Assembly (NCBI GenBank): GCA_018711725.1
Contig: DVHX01000014.1
Span: forward strand, 16,184 to 80,183
Length of the DNA: 64,000 bases
Reading direction: 5' to 3'
Source: Candidatus Cryptobacteroides pullicola
GTDB taxonomy: Bacteria > Bacteroidota > Bacteroidia > Bacteroidales > UBA932
The translations under genes were made by a program, and so were the position numbers. The notes beneath the pieces were generated by a model. The model searched no databases. It was given only the letters and a program-made list of their open reading frames with translations, and had not been told where the DNA came from. This document shows positions 1-9,795 of this stretch, piece by piece; positions within the stretch are counted from its first letter, which is position 1, and each line of letters opens with the position of its first letter.

Positions 1-2856
1 CTGGTGAACGCAGGGAGCGCCCTGTGCTCCGCCCTTACCATAATGCTGCTGTACCTTACGGTAGTATGGTTCGTGCGGCGCATGATACTCCCCGCCCCGG
101 ACGGCAGCTACAGCTCCGCACAGGCCGTGGTGATAATGGGTTCCGGCCTCGTGGGCGCGCTTGCCTACTGCTTCTCCGACACTTTCTGGTTCTCCGCGGT
201 CGAAGGAGAGGTGTATGCGATGTCCTCGCTGTTCACAGCGCTGGTGTTCTGGGCGATGACCATGTGGTACGACCGTGCCGACAGGCCGCATGCAGACAAG
301 TGGATAGTGCTGATAGCCTTCCTCATGGGAATGAGCATCGGGGTGCACCTGCTCAACCTGCTGACCATTCCCGCGCTCGTGTTCATGTACTACTACCGCA
401 AAATGGGCGACCGTAGGCTGAACTTCTGGGGCTGGCTCAGGATATTCGCCGTCGGCGTAGTCATACTGGCGCTGATACTGTTCGTGATAATCCCCGTGCT
501 GCCCAAGCTCGCCGCATATACCGACCTGCTGTTCGTGAACGTGTTCGGCCTGCCGTACAACAGCGGCGCCGTGTTCTTCATGGCGGTGCTGCTCGCTCTG
601 TGCTTTTGGGGGATATTCGCCACGCTGCGCAGGGGCAAGGTGTTCTGGAACACCTCGCTGCTCTGCCTCACTACGATAATAATAGGCTTCTCGGTATTCA
701 GCATAGACGTCATACGCTCCTGCGCGAAGACCCCTACCAACGAATACCAGCCCGACAACGCCTTCACCCTGGTGCGCTACCTCTCCCGCGAGCAGTACGG
801 TTCGACACCACTGCTGTACGGGCAGTACTTCGGGGCTCCGTACGACATCAAGTCCGACAGCTACTGGGCTCCCCTCGACGGCAAGTACGTGAAGGCCGAG
901 GCACCCCTCGACGCCGAATACCTTCCCGAGGGCAAGATGCTCTTCCCCCGCATGTGGGCGACCAGCCCCGACGGCCGCTACGAAGAGTTCTACCTCTCGT
1001 ACATGAAGGACGGCGAAGGGAAGAAAGTCCCCGGAGCGAGCTACCGCAAGCCGACTATGGGCGCGAACCTGCGCTTCTTCTTCGACTACCAGATGAACTG
1101 GATGTACTGGCGCTACTTCATGTGGAACTTCGTCGGCCGCCAGAACCAGATACACGCTCCCGTGCCCGGAGATATCTTCCACGGCAACTGGGAGAGCGGG
1201 ATCAAGTTCATAGACAACATACGCCTCGGCGACCAGAGCGGTGCGCCTGCGACGCTCTCGCAGGACAAGGGCAAGAACCACTACTTCTTCCTGCCGCTGA
1301 TACTCGGCCTGCTCGGACTGTTCGCGCAGTTCGACAAGGACAGGCGCGGGTGCTGGCTCAGCTTCCTGATGTTCTTCATGACGGGCATAGCGATAGTGCT
1401 GTACCTCAACCAGCAGCCCTACCAGGTGCGTGAGAGGGACTATGCCTACGCGGGTTCGTTCTATTTCTTCAGCGCATGGATAGGAATGGGCGTCGCGGGG
1501 CTGTACATGCTCGTGCAGAAGCTTCTCAAGGGCCGCGGACAGACTGCCTCTGCGGTTGGACTGAGCGTTGCCTGCCTGTTCGTGCCCGTCCTTATGGGCG
1601 CCCAGAACTGGGACGACCATGACCGCTCCAACAGGCGCACCGCCGTGGAAATGGCCAGGAACTACCTCAACTCCGTAGGCCCCGACGGCATACTCATCAC
1701 CCACGGCGACAACGACACCTTCCCCCTGTGGTACGCCCAGGAGGTGGAGGACGTGCGTACCGATGTCAGGATATGCAACACCTCGCTGCTCGGCACCGAC
1801 TGGCACATCGACCAGATGAAATGGGCTGTCAACGAGTCTGCACCGCTGCCCCTGACGGTAGGCCAGGACCAGTATCTGTACGGTACCAACGAGTGGATAC
1901 CCATACTCGACCTGCGCGAGGAGGTTATGGATATACGCGACGTGATGACCCTGTTCAAGCATCCCCAGGTCAAGGCTCCGATGTCGAGCGGCCGCAAGGT
2001 GGACTATATAGCATCGCGCAGGATTTCGGTGCCCGTCAACAGGGAGAACGTCATTAAGAGCGGGATCCTCGACGAGAAGTACGCCTCGCAGATTCCCGAC
2101 TCGATAATCCTCACGATTCCTCAGGACAAGGACTATATCTCCAAGCCCGAACTCTTCATGCTCGACCTGCTCTCGGGATACGAGTGGGACAGGCCCATAA
2201 ACCTGCTCAGCATGGGCGGCGACCTCAACATAGGCATCAAGGAATATCTCGAGTACCAGGGCTATTCGTTCAAGTTCGTGCCCATAAAGAACAAGACCAC
2301 CACCACTCAGGCAGGATTTGTCGATACGGACGAGCTCTACCGCCTGATGACCGAGGTGTACAGCTTCGACGCGGTGTCTGCGGGCGACTACTTCATCGAC
2401 TATCAGAACCACTACACGCATCTCGGCGTCATGTCGCTGCGCACGCTGTTCGTGACTTCCGCCGAAGCCTTCATGCGGGCGGGCGAGAACGACCGCGCCC
2501 TCGAGATGCTCGACCGCTGCGAACAGGTGATGGCGCACTATCCGATAGAGGCGATTCCCCTCGGCTTCTCCGGCAACGACTACATGGTCGTCAGCGCCGT
2601 CCAGGACTACTACAGGCTCGGACAGCCCGAGAAGGCGCGCGCCCTTGCAGACAGGCTGGCGCCGGAGCTGCTCCATACCGCATCCTTCTACCTCGACTTC
2701 TATGACTGGGGCGTCAGCGAGTTCGAAATGGCGGGAAGCTATATCTACATGCTCTCGGACGTGCTGCGCTCGAACGGCGAGGCCGAAAGCGCGGACGCCC
2801 TGATAGACGAGTTTGCCGATATGATAGAGACTTCGACCGGACAGAGGCCGTCGTGA
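1..2856 (+). CDS. DUF2723 family multi-pass membrane protein (GT-C-like glycosyltransferase), 5'-truncated by the window edge
   Basis: Open frame from base 1; many TM helices; motifs FWFSAVEGEVYA, GLSIGVHLLNLL-like, RERDYAYAGS, GDNDTFPLWY typical of DUF2723 proteins. Confidence 0.85.
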   Translation: MVNAGSALCSALTIMLLYLTVVWFVRRMILPAPDGSYSSAQAVVIMGSGLVGALAYCFSDTFWFSAVEGEVYAMSSLFTALVFWAMTMWYDRADRPHADKWIVLIAFLMGMSIGVHLLNLLTIPALVFMYYYRKMGDRRLNFWGWLRIFAVGVVILALILFVIIPVLPKLAAYTDLLFVNVFGLPYNSGAVFFMAVLLALCFWGIFATLRRGKVFWNTSLLCLTTIIIGFSVFSIDVIRSCAKTPTNEYQPDNAFTLVRYLSREQYGSTPLLYGQYFGAPYDIKSDSYWAPLDGKYVKAEAPLDAEYLPEGKMLFPRMWATSPDGRYEEFYLSYMKDGEGKKVPGASYRKPTMGANLRFFFDYQMNWMYWRYFMWNFVGRQNQIHAPVPGDIFHGNWESGIKFIDNIRLGDQSGAPATLSQDKGKNHYFFLPLILGLLGLFAQFDKDRRGCWLSFLMFFMTGIAIVLYLNQQPYQVRERDYAYAGSFYFFSAWIGMGVAGLYMLVQKLLKGRGQTASAVGLSVACLFVPVLMGAQNWDDHDRSNRRTAVEMARNYLNSVGPDGILITHGDNDTFPLWYAQEVEDVRTDVRICNTSLLGTDWHIDQMKWAVNESAPLPLTVGQDQYLYGTNEWIPILDLREEVMDIRDVMTLFKHPQVKAPMSSGRKVDYIASRRISVPVNRENVIKSGILDEKYASQIPDSIILTIPQDKDYISKPELFMLDLLSGYEWDRPINLLSMGGDLNIGIKEYLEYQGYSFKFVPIKNKTTTTQAGFVDTDELYRLMTEVYSFDAVSAGDYFIDYQNHYTHLGVMSLRTLFVTSAEAFMRAGENDRALEMLDRCEQVMAHYPIEAIPLGFSGNDYMVVSAVQDYYRLGQPEKARALADRLAPELLHTASFYLDFYDWGVSEFEMAGSYIYMLSDVLRSNGEAESADALIDEFADMIETSTGQRPS

Positions 2857-2902
2857 CGGCAGTGCGCCGCGGCGTTGTGCCGGCCGGTTTCACGCCGGAG
2901 GC

Positions 2903-3826
2903 TCAGCGCTTCAGCCGGAGTACCACCGATAACGGGAGGGACTTGCCGAAACTGTCGGAGAGGGCGAGCTCTCCCGTCTGCATTTCGCAGTCCCGTGCGC
3001 CTGCGCCCAGACCGAACGCCTGCCTGACCACGGTCTCTCCCATAAGAGGTGAGAAGCCGTTGGAGTAGAGGTTGAGCACGAGGAACGAGTCCCTGCGGGA
3101 GAGGATGCCGTTTATGGAGAGCATCATGTCGAACAGGCACTCGTCCAGTTTCCACTTCTCGCCGTCGGGGCCGTGGCCGTATGCCGGCGGGTCCATTATT
3201 ATGCCGTCGTAGACATTGCCCCTGCGCTGCTCGCGCCGGACGAACTTCATCGCGTCCTCGACCACCCAGCGTATGCCGTCGAGCCCGGAGCGTTCCATGT
3301 TGCCCCTTGCCCAGGTGACCACCTGCCTTACCGAGTCGAGGTGTGTCACGTCGGCTCCTGCGGCCTTAGCCGCGAGCGATGCCGCTCCGGTGTATGCGAA
3401 CAGGTTGAGCACCCTGGGAGCACGGCCGAGCCGGGCGGAGAGATCGCGCGTGCTGCGGTAGATGTATTCCCAGTTGGGCGCCTGCTCGGGGAAGACACCC
3501 ACATGCTTGAACGAGGTCAGCCCCAGCCGCAGCGAGAACTCCGGCCCGCCTCCCGGGCCGCCGTAGCGTATGTACCACTGGTCTTCGCTGCGCCTGAGAC
3601 GCTCCCAGGTGCCGCTCTCCTCCTTTCCGGCCTTGCCGAAGCCCGCACCGGGGCGGAAGCGCGTGTGCGCCGTCCTGAGCCACTCGGAGCCGTCCATGGA
3701 TTTAGCCCACAGGGCCTTGGGCTCGGGCCGTATGATACGGTAGGGGCCGAACCTCTCGAGCTTCTCCCCGTCGCCGGAGTCGACGAGCTCGTAATCTTTC
3801 CAAAATGCACCGGGAAATTCTGTCAT
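2903..3826 (-). CDS. Class I SAM-dependent methyltransferase (RlmI/YwbD-like)
   Basis: [17 protein letters not shown]-terminus, [15 protein letters not shown]-binding motif, IIMDPPAYG motif. Confidence 0.85.
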   Translation of the reverse strand: MTEFPGAFWKDYELVDSGDGEKLERFGPYRIIRPEPKALWAKSMDGSEWLRTAHTRFRPGAGFGKAGKEESGTWERLRRSEDQWYIRYGGPGGGPEFSLRLGLTSFKHVGVFPEQAPNWEYIYRSTRDLSARLGRAPRVLNLFAYTGAASLAAKAAGADVTHLDSVRQVVTWARGNMERSGLDGIRWVVEDAMKFVRREQRRGNVYDGIIMDPPAYGHGPDGEKWKLDECLFDMMLSINGILSRRDSFLVLNLYSNGFSPLMGETVVRQAFGLGAGARDCEMQTGELALSDSFGKSLPLSVVLRLKR

Positions 3827-3831
3827 GGCTG

Positions 3832-3839
3832 CAAAGATA
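3832..3839 (-). promoter_or_regulatory. Bacteroidetes -7 promoter element TATCTTTG for the methyltransferase
   Basis: Exact TAnnTTTG match, 5 nt upstream of the ATG at 3826. Confidence 0.6.
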
Positions 3840-3852
3840 TTGATAAAATTGC

Positions 3853-3860
3853 TAACTTTG
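3853..3860 (+). promoter_or_regulatory. Bacteroidetes -7 promoter element TAACTTTG for pgk
   Basis: Exact TAnnTTTG match upstream of ATG 3894; implies the ORF-track start at 3825 is too early. Confidence 0.65.
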
Positions 3861-3893
3861 CCTTTCGGACAAACAATTATACTCTATATCATT

Positions 3894-5147
3894 ATGCAGC
3901 AACACATAGACACTTACGATTTCGCGGGCAAGAAAGCTATCGTCCGCGTAGACTTCAACGTCCCCCTCAACGACAAGTTCGAGATTACGGACGACACCCG
4001 TATCCGTGCGGCTATCCCCACCCTCAAGAAGGTGCTTGCCGGAGGCGGCTCCCTCATCATCATGTCTCATCTCGGACGTCCCAAGGGAGTGACCGACAAA
4101 TACTCCCTCAAGCACATCGTGGCCCATGTCTCCGAGTGTCTCGGAGTGCCTGTGAAGTTCGCTCCCGACTGCCAGAAGGCACAGGACGAGGTTGCGGCCC
4201 TCAAGCCCGGCGAGGCACTGCTGCTCGAGAACCTCCGCTTCTACGCCGAGGAGGAGGGCAAGCCCCGCGGACTCGCCGAGGATGCCACCGACGAGGAGAA
4301 GAAGGCCGCCAAGGCTGCCGTCAAGGAGAGCCAGAAGGAGTTCACCAAGACCCTCGCATCCTATGCTGACTGCTACATCAACGACGCGTTCGGCACCGCA
4401 CACCGCGCACACGCATCGACCGCTCTCATAGCCAAGTACTTCCCCAACGACAAGATGTTCGGCTACCTTATGGAGGGCGAAATCAAGGCTATCGACAACG
4501 TGCTCAAGAACGCCAGCCATCCCTTCACCGCGGTTATCGGAGGCTCCAAGGTATCTTCCAAGCTCGCGGTGCTCGAGAACATGCTCGAGAAGGTCGACAA
4601 CCTCATCATCGGCGGCGGTATGGGATATACTTTCGTAAAGGCCCAGGGCGGCAAGATAGGCAAGTCGCTGCATGAGGACGACCTGATGCCCCAGGCCCTC
4701 GAGATTCTCGAGAAGGCAAAGCAGAAGGGCGTGAATATCTACCTTCCCACCCAGTCCGTAGTTGCCGATGACTTCAGCAACGATGCCGCTACCAAGGTCG
4801 TTCCCACCAACGACATCCCCGAGGGCTGGGAGGGAATGGACGTCGCCCAGGCTTCGCTCGATGTATGGAAGGATGTCATTCTCTCTTCCAAGACCGTGCT
4901 CTGGAACGGCCCCGTGGGCGTATTCGAGATGCCGGCCTTCGCCAAGGGAACCCTCCAGATTGCCGAGGACCTCGCCCAGGCTACCGAGAAGGGTGCATAC
5001 ACCCTCGTAGGCGGCGGCGACTCTGTCGCTGCTGTCACCCAGATGGGCTATGCCAAGAAGGTGAGCTATGTATCCACCGGCGGCGGCGCGATGCTCGAGG
5101 CTCTCGAAGGCAAGGACCTGCCCGGTATCGCGGCTATACGCGAGTAA
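3894..5147 (+). CDS. pgk: Phosphoglycerate kinase
   Basis: [41 protein letters not shown] motifs; start placed at MQQHID. Confidence 0.97.
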   Translation: MQQHIDTYDFAGKKAIVRVDFNVPLNDKFEITDDTRIRAAIPTLKKVLAGGGSLIIMSHLGRPKGVTDKYSLKHIVAHVSECLGVPVKFAPDCQKAQDEVAALKPGEALLLENLRFYAEEEGKPRGLAEDATDEEKKAAKAAVKESQKEFTKTLASYADCYINDAFGTAHRAHASTALIAKYFPNDKMFGYLMEGEIKAIDNVLKNASHPFTAVIGGSKVSSKLAVLENMLEKVDNLIIGGGMGYTFVKAQGGKIGKSLHEDDLMPQALEILEKAKQKGVNIYLPTQSVVADDFSNDAATKVVPTNDIPEGWEGMDVAQASLDVWKDVILSSKTVLWNGPVGVFEMPAFAKGTLQIAEDLAQATEKGAYTLVGGGDSVAAVTQMGYAKKVSYVSTGGGAMLEALEGKDLPGIAAIRE

Positions 5148-5183
5148 GATCCGGCGTCCCCTGCGGATTCCGACCTATATCAG

Positions 5184-5220
5184 AGACGGCTGCGCATCTG
5201 CGCGGCCGTCTTTCGTTGTT
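5184..5220 (+). terminator. Probable intrinsic terminator after pgk
   Basis: Stem AGACGGCTGCGCA / TGCGCGGCCGTCT (one G-U pair) followed by a T-rich tract. Confidence 0.6.
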
Positions 5221-5261
5221 CTTGCTGCAAGGTGCAGGTTGCCGTTCAAGGAATAAATTTT

Positions 5262-5269
5262 TATTTTTG
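5262..5269 (+). promoter_or_regulatory. -7 promoter element TATTTTTG for the TPR/HTH regulator
   Basis: TAnnTTTG match 27 nt upstream of ATG 5297. Confidence 0.45.
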
Positions 5270-5296
5270 TCTGTCAGTCGATAGTCATGCAGTCTC

Positions 5297-6931
5297 ATGA
5301 GAAGAACAGCATTCATATTCGTCACCGTAATACTCATTTCCCTCGCCGCAAGCTCGTGCGACAGAGGTGCGTACCGGGAGCTCGCGGATATCGAATCCTA
5401 TGCCGCCGAGCGTCCCGACAGCGCGCTGCAGGCGCTCGAGAAGATAGATGCCAGCAGGATCCGCAGGGCGAAGGTCAGGGCCAGGTACTGCCTGCTGAAG
5501 TCGATGACTCTGGACAATAACCACATAGACGTGACGGACGACAGCCTGATAAATATCGCGGTAAAATGGTATGGCAGACACGGAAAGGCGGATGAAAAAC
5601 TAATGGCATACTACTATCAAGGTCTGGTATACCAGAACGCCGAAGACCAGGAAGAAGCCATGAAAAGCTTCTTCTTGGCCGGAAGGTCTGCCGGCAGGTC
5701 TACGGACAACATACAGAAAGGGCTGCTGCTCGATGCCAAGGCGGCAGTCTATGAGAGCCTGTTCAGATTCGATGATGCTATCGAGAACACTTCCGAAGCA
5801 GCAAACCTCTACCTTTCCGAAAGAGACACCGTCCGGTACATCAATTCCCTCTTGTCCGTATGCTCCGAATATCTGGCCTATGACGAACCCGCCGATGCCT
5901 CGAAGTTACTTTCCGATATAAGGAAATTCCGCCGGTCAATGTCGGACAAGCAGATAAACGACTACTATCTGATGCGCCTGATAGCATCCGTCAAGGATAA
6001 TGACGGTGTCGAAGAAAGCATATCGGCATACCTCAGGAATGTCTCAGACCCTACTGAGACAGACTGGGTAGCCCTTGCATACGGGTACCTCAGCACGGAA
6101 GAATTCGACTTGGGTCTGGAAGCCCTTTCACGCTACAGGGAAACCGAATCTGACTATAACAGCAACCCTGCCTACCTCATTGCCAATTCCAGGCTGAACG
6201 AACTGACCGGACAGTACAGAGATGCCTTCCTGTCCTACCGGGAGTATGCAGGCCTGTCCGACATGTCGGATATGGCAATATTTGAAAGTGACGCGCAATA
6301 CATCGAATCCATGCTGGAAGCCACATACAAACTCCGTAGCAGGAACCTGTGGATAGTCATCCTGGTACTCTCCTCTACTACTTTCATATTCGTAGGGCTG
6401 TTCGTTTCAACAAGGCTGAGACAGCTTAAAGGCAAAAGCTACAAGCTCGAAAAGGCAATGACCTCATACAGGGAACTCTATGAACAGGCGGAGGATGAGA
6501 AGAAAAATCTCCAAAGAGTCAGAAAACTTCCGGGACTTGAGAAAGAAATAAGGAAATCTATCGAGGAACGGCTTGACATGCTGAACATGTTCATCATCGC
6601 TTCATTGTCGAAGAATCTCATGGCATCGGCAACCGATGCCATGGACAGCTATCTGCAAGACAGGGAAAGATTCATATACTCCACCAGACTGTCTTTTTCC
6701 GCCCTGCATCCGAAATTCATATCGCAACTGAAGAAGGCGGACCTTACTGAACCTGAAATAGGATACTGCTGCCTTTACTGTCTCGGCATGAACGGGAGTG
6801 ATATTGCTGCATATCTCGGCCGCAAGTCGTTCTACAACGACTCCAACGCCATACGGAAAAAGCTGGGACTGAGCATGCATGACAGGAACATCAGCGGCTT
6901 CCTCCGCGAAATGATGCACAGTCTGGACTAA
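5297..6931 (+). CDS. Membrane-spanning one-component regulator: periplasmic TPR-like sensor, TM helix, coiled coil, C-terminal LuxR-like HTH
   Basis: Signal/lipobox (LAASSC); helical repeats such as AYYYQGLVYQN; hydrophobic LWIVILVLSSTTFIFVGLFVS; C-terminal LTEPEIGYCCLYCLGMNGSDIAAYLG...IRKKLGL. Confidence 0.75.
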   Translation: MRRTAFIFVTVILISLAASSCDRGAYRELADIESYAAERPDSALQALEKIDASRIRRAKVRARYCLLKSMTLDNNHIDVTDDSLINIAVKWYGRHGKADEKLMAYYYQGLVYQNAEDQEEAMKSFFLAGRSAGRSTDNIQKGLLLDAKAAVYESLFRFDDAIENTSEAANLYLSERDTVRYINSLLSVCSEYLAYDEPADASKLLSDIRKFRRSMSDKQINDYYLMRLIASVKDNDGVEESISAYLRNVSDPTETDWVALAYGYLSTEEFDLGLEALSRYRETESDYNSNPAYLIANSRLNELTGQYRDAFLSYREYAGLSDMSDMAIFESDAQYIESMLEATYKLRSRNLWIVILVLSSTTFIFVGLFVSTRLRQLKGKSYKLEKAMTSYRELYEQAEDEKKNLQRVRKLPGLEKEIRKSIEERLDMLNMFIIASLSKNLMASATDAMDSYLQDRERFIYSTRLSFSALHPKFISQLKKADLTEPEIGYCCLYCLGMNGSDIAAYLGRKSFYNDSNAIRKKLGLSMHDRNISGFLREMMHSLD

Positions 6932-6969
6932 CAGAGTTTAATATCCGCACATATTTGCCCTTATAAGAT

Positions 6970-7003
6970 ACTCCTCTGATAACAAGCAAGTTATCAGAGG
7001 AGT
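6970..7003. repeat. Perfect 14-bp inverted repeat with 6-bp spacer
   Basis: ACTCCTCTGATAAC-AAGCAA-GTTATCAGAGGAGT. Confidence 0.9.
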
Positions 7004-7160
7004 GGAGCATTGTACCGTATTAATTGGCCATAATTTTTTACCGCTATAAAATATTGGTTAACAGACAATTATATTGTATACCGGATATGAAACTTAAATT
7101 TTTGCAATGATATCACTATTTTCTACATTGCAAACCGAAACGAACAAAACCCAGACACCC

Positions 7161-8080
7161 ATGAGACCACCAGCCAGATTACTCTGCACGCTCCTCGCGT
7201 GCATGTGCGCGCTTTGCGGACTTTCTGCCCAGACGTCGGAGGGGACTACGGGACCGTGGACAGGGACGACTTCGGGGTCTACCCGACGCTCTCGCTGCTC
7301 TACATGCCCTCGGACGCGCACGAACTCTCGCTCGACCTCTCCACCTCCATAGCCAGGCCGACCTATACGATGCTTAACCCGTTCATAACCTATACCTCGC
7401 CCACGACCTGCACACAGTTCAACCCCGACTTGAAGGCCTCCAGAGACCTGGATCTGATGTTCTGCTACGTCCTGCTGGACGACTACATGCTGACGGTGGA
7501 CTACTGGTACGCCTCCGACACGTGGACGGAGTTCGTGCTGCCGGACGGCGACATGACGCGCAAGTTCACGGCCAACTACGGCAACAGCCACGACCTGTAT
7601 GCCTCTCTGCTCGTGTCCAAGAGCCTGTTCAAGGGCCGCTGGAACCTTTCGGCAGAAGCGGAACTGGACTACTCGTATGAATTCGGCGGGATAGAGGGAC
7701 GGCCCATAGACAACCACAACCTCAACTGGGATATAACCCTGAAGAACAACGTGGCGCTCTCGAGGAGGCACGGCTGGTACCTCGACGTAAAATACCAGTA
7801 CCACAGTGCGAGCTCCTGGGTGGCCTATGACGTTCCTGCCAGGCAGGAAATGGAGGCCTACCTGATGAAGGAGTTCGACAGGGCCTCGCTCTCGATAGGA
7901 GTGTACGGTTACCTGGTGCCCGAGCTGACCAGGAGCAAGACCTACGGCGACTACGCCTTCTCGATAAGCGACAGGAGGTATATCACCGGAGTGGTGACCT
8001 TCTCCTACACCTTCGGCAACAAGCGCGCCCGCGGGGTCGCGGCGCACAGCAATCAGGACATCGTGAACCGCATACAGTAG
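7161..8080 (+). pseudogene. Outer-membrane beta-barrel (OMP_b-brl_3-like) gene with internal deletion and frameshift
   Basis: Signal peptide MRPPARLLCTLLACMCALCGLSA-QT starts at ATG 7161 and stops at 7352; a different frame from about 7240 encodes a barrel C-terminal half (YPTLSLLY, RPTYTMLNPF, FNPDLKAS, VTFSYTFGN). Confidence 0.65.
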
Positions 8081-8127
8081 TAACTATACCGGCCGAGCGG
8101 AACTTACGATATGCCGCTATAATGGAT

Positions 8128-9255
8128 TCAGCCGCTATCCCGAACTGGGGAACTGAACGGCAATGCGGTCATATATACCGCAGGCTCGCCGGATCCCGGG
8201 TCTTCGGTAAGCGTGTACAGCGTGCCGTCGTCCGGCGTCACCACGAAATCGTAGAAAGGGGTGTCGGTCGCGAAGCATCCGACAAACTTCCCGTTCCAGT
8301 CATATACTTCGATTTCATCGGCGCAGTACCACGGATAGCCCTTGTAAGGCTTGTACTCGGGATTGTAAGGATTCAGCGAGACATATATGAAGTGGTCTGT
8401 CGTATATGCGTCGATTCCCCGGTAGCTTGTCCCGAGAGGCTTGAAGTTCAGTCCGTCCGGCGTAGCCTCGTATACTGGAGGTATGGAATATATGCTTGCC
8501 TCGTGAGACAGAGTGAAGTCTTTCCCAAGGCGCAGGATTTCAAGATACCTTCCCTCGCCCGAAGCGTATAGCAGCCTGTCTCCGTTTATGAATATGTCTG
8601 CATTGCCGGTGTAGATGCTTTGCTTTGGGATTACCGGGCCTGAATAATTGTCATCTATCCAGTAGTTCATTCCCCTGACAGTTCGCTCGGATATATTTAT
8701 CGCGTTGAGCAGGTTCTCCTTTCCGAATTCCTCTCCTATGAGAATGAAGTCCTGTCCTCCGGCCGGAACGAAACTCATTCCCAACAGCATGGATCCTATC
8801 CATTGCAGGTCGTACTCTTTCCATTTGTCATATCCTGAGCCGCTCCTGAGATCTTTGACGGCCGCGCATACTATCTTGGGCAGTTCTCCGGACAGGCTCG
8901 CATCGAGCATATACAGACTGTCTTGTCTGAGGTAGAATGAAGGATATGTGAACTCGAACGGCCCCCTTCCCTTTATTCCGAAAGAGCCGTCGCGTTTCAG
9001 GGAATCTCCGGCGATGTCGTATATTACAGCAACGGTATCGGGATAAAAAGACCGCATAATCAAACTGTTCCCTGATACGCATATGAACTCGCGTCCCATG
9101 AGGGCGTCGGCATGGAGTCTCGTGCCTTCGATTACGGCAGAAGGGCTTTTCTTGTCATGCTGCTCTCCGGCGCATCCCGATAGCCCAGTGAGGAGGACGG
9201 CGATGGATAGCGGAAGCAGTATCGATGATTTGAGATAAGATGTTCCTTTGCTCAT
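8128..9255 (-). CDS. Lipoprotein, TolB-like 6-bladed beta-propeller (BF3164-like)
   Basis: Lipobox GLSGC; GSFGIKGRGPFEF and IEVYDWNGKFVGCF motifs; lies directly downstream of NVEALA peptides. Confidence 0.7.
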   Translation of the reverse strand: MSKGTSYLKSSILLPLSIAVLLTGLSGCAGEQHDKKSPSAVIEGTRLHADALMGREFICVSGNSLIMRSFYPDTVAVIYDIAGDSLKRDGSFGIKGRGPFEFTYPSFYLRQDSLYMLDASLSGELPKIVCAAVKDLRSGSGYDKWKEYDLQWIGSMLLGMSFVPAGGQDFILIGEEFGKENLLNAINISERTVRGMNYWIDDNYSGPVIPKQSIYTGNADIFINGDRLLYASGEGRYLEILRLGKDFTLSHEASIYSIPPVYEATPDGLNFKPLGTSYRGIDAYTTDHFIYVSLNPYNPEYKPYKGYPWYCADEIEVYDWNGKFVGCFATDTPFYDFVVTPDDGTLYTLTEDPGSGEPAVYMTALPFSSPVRDSG

Positions 9256-9497
9256 ATGCGCTGGGCGTTACTTATACTAAAATAGTGCAATGAACCGTCT
9301 ACATAGCCGATCTGCACTTCACAGACTTGTCCTGGTACTTCAATGCACGGTAGGACATATTGTCCTTCTCCATTGGTCAATGCCTCTATATTGGCATTGA
9401 GAATAGGGTCTATATTGTTGTCGACCTTGCAATTAATTAAGATTAAAGCGCCTATCACCGTCAATGTGGCTGTAAGGGATATCAAGAATCGTTTCAT
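9252..9497 (-). CDS. NVEALA-family small secreted peptide (81 aa)
   Basis: Basic N-terminus plus hydrophobic helix, NANIEALTNGE motif, C-x7-C; 4-bp overlap with the propeller gene. Confidence 0.8.
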   Translation of the reverse strand: MKRFLISLTATLTVIGALILINCKVDNNIDPILNANIEALTNGEGQYVLPCIEVPGQVCEVQIGYVDGSLHYFSISNAQRI

Positions 9498-9503
9498 GGC
9501 TTT

Positions 9504-9779
9504 TTAACGTGCATAGTAAACATTTATTGCATCGGGTAACCTGAACTTATGGTAAGACCCGTCTCCATAGTATGCATTTATCAAGCATTCTGATCCGGCC
9601 ATATAAATGCAATCAACCTCTAAATCAGCCTCACCACTGGCAAGAGCTTCGACATTCTCTGAGAAATAATACCCGCCTGTGATATGGTTCTTGCTTGAGA
9701 GATTAAGGGTAACGAAAAGTGACGCAGCTATTGATAATATGCCGATAGCTGTAATAAGATAAAATAGATTCTTCTTCAT
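9504..9779 (-). CDS. NVEALA-family small secreted peptide (91 aa)
   Basis: MKK plus hydrophobic helix, ENVEALASGE motif, C-x7-C. Confidence 0.85.
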   Translation of the reverse strand: MKKNLFYLITAIGILSIAASLFVTLNLSSKNHITGGYYFSENVEALASGEADLEVDCIYMAGSECLINAYYGDGSYHKFRLPDAINVYYAR

Positions 9780-9795
9780 GGTTAGTTGTTTTTCT

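Noticed and set aside
3825-3893. ORF-track N-terminal extensions (pgk 3825, trxA 16878, IspB-like 18152, holB 19033, rnr 38231, EamA 47779, kinase 50081, FKBP 56841)
   Set aside because: They run through promoters or neighbouring genes; downstream starts match the family N-termini
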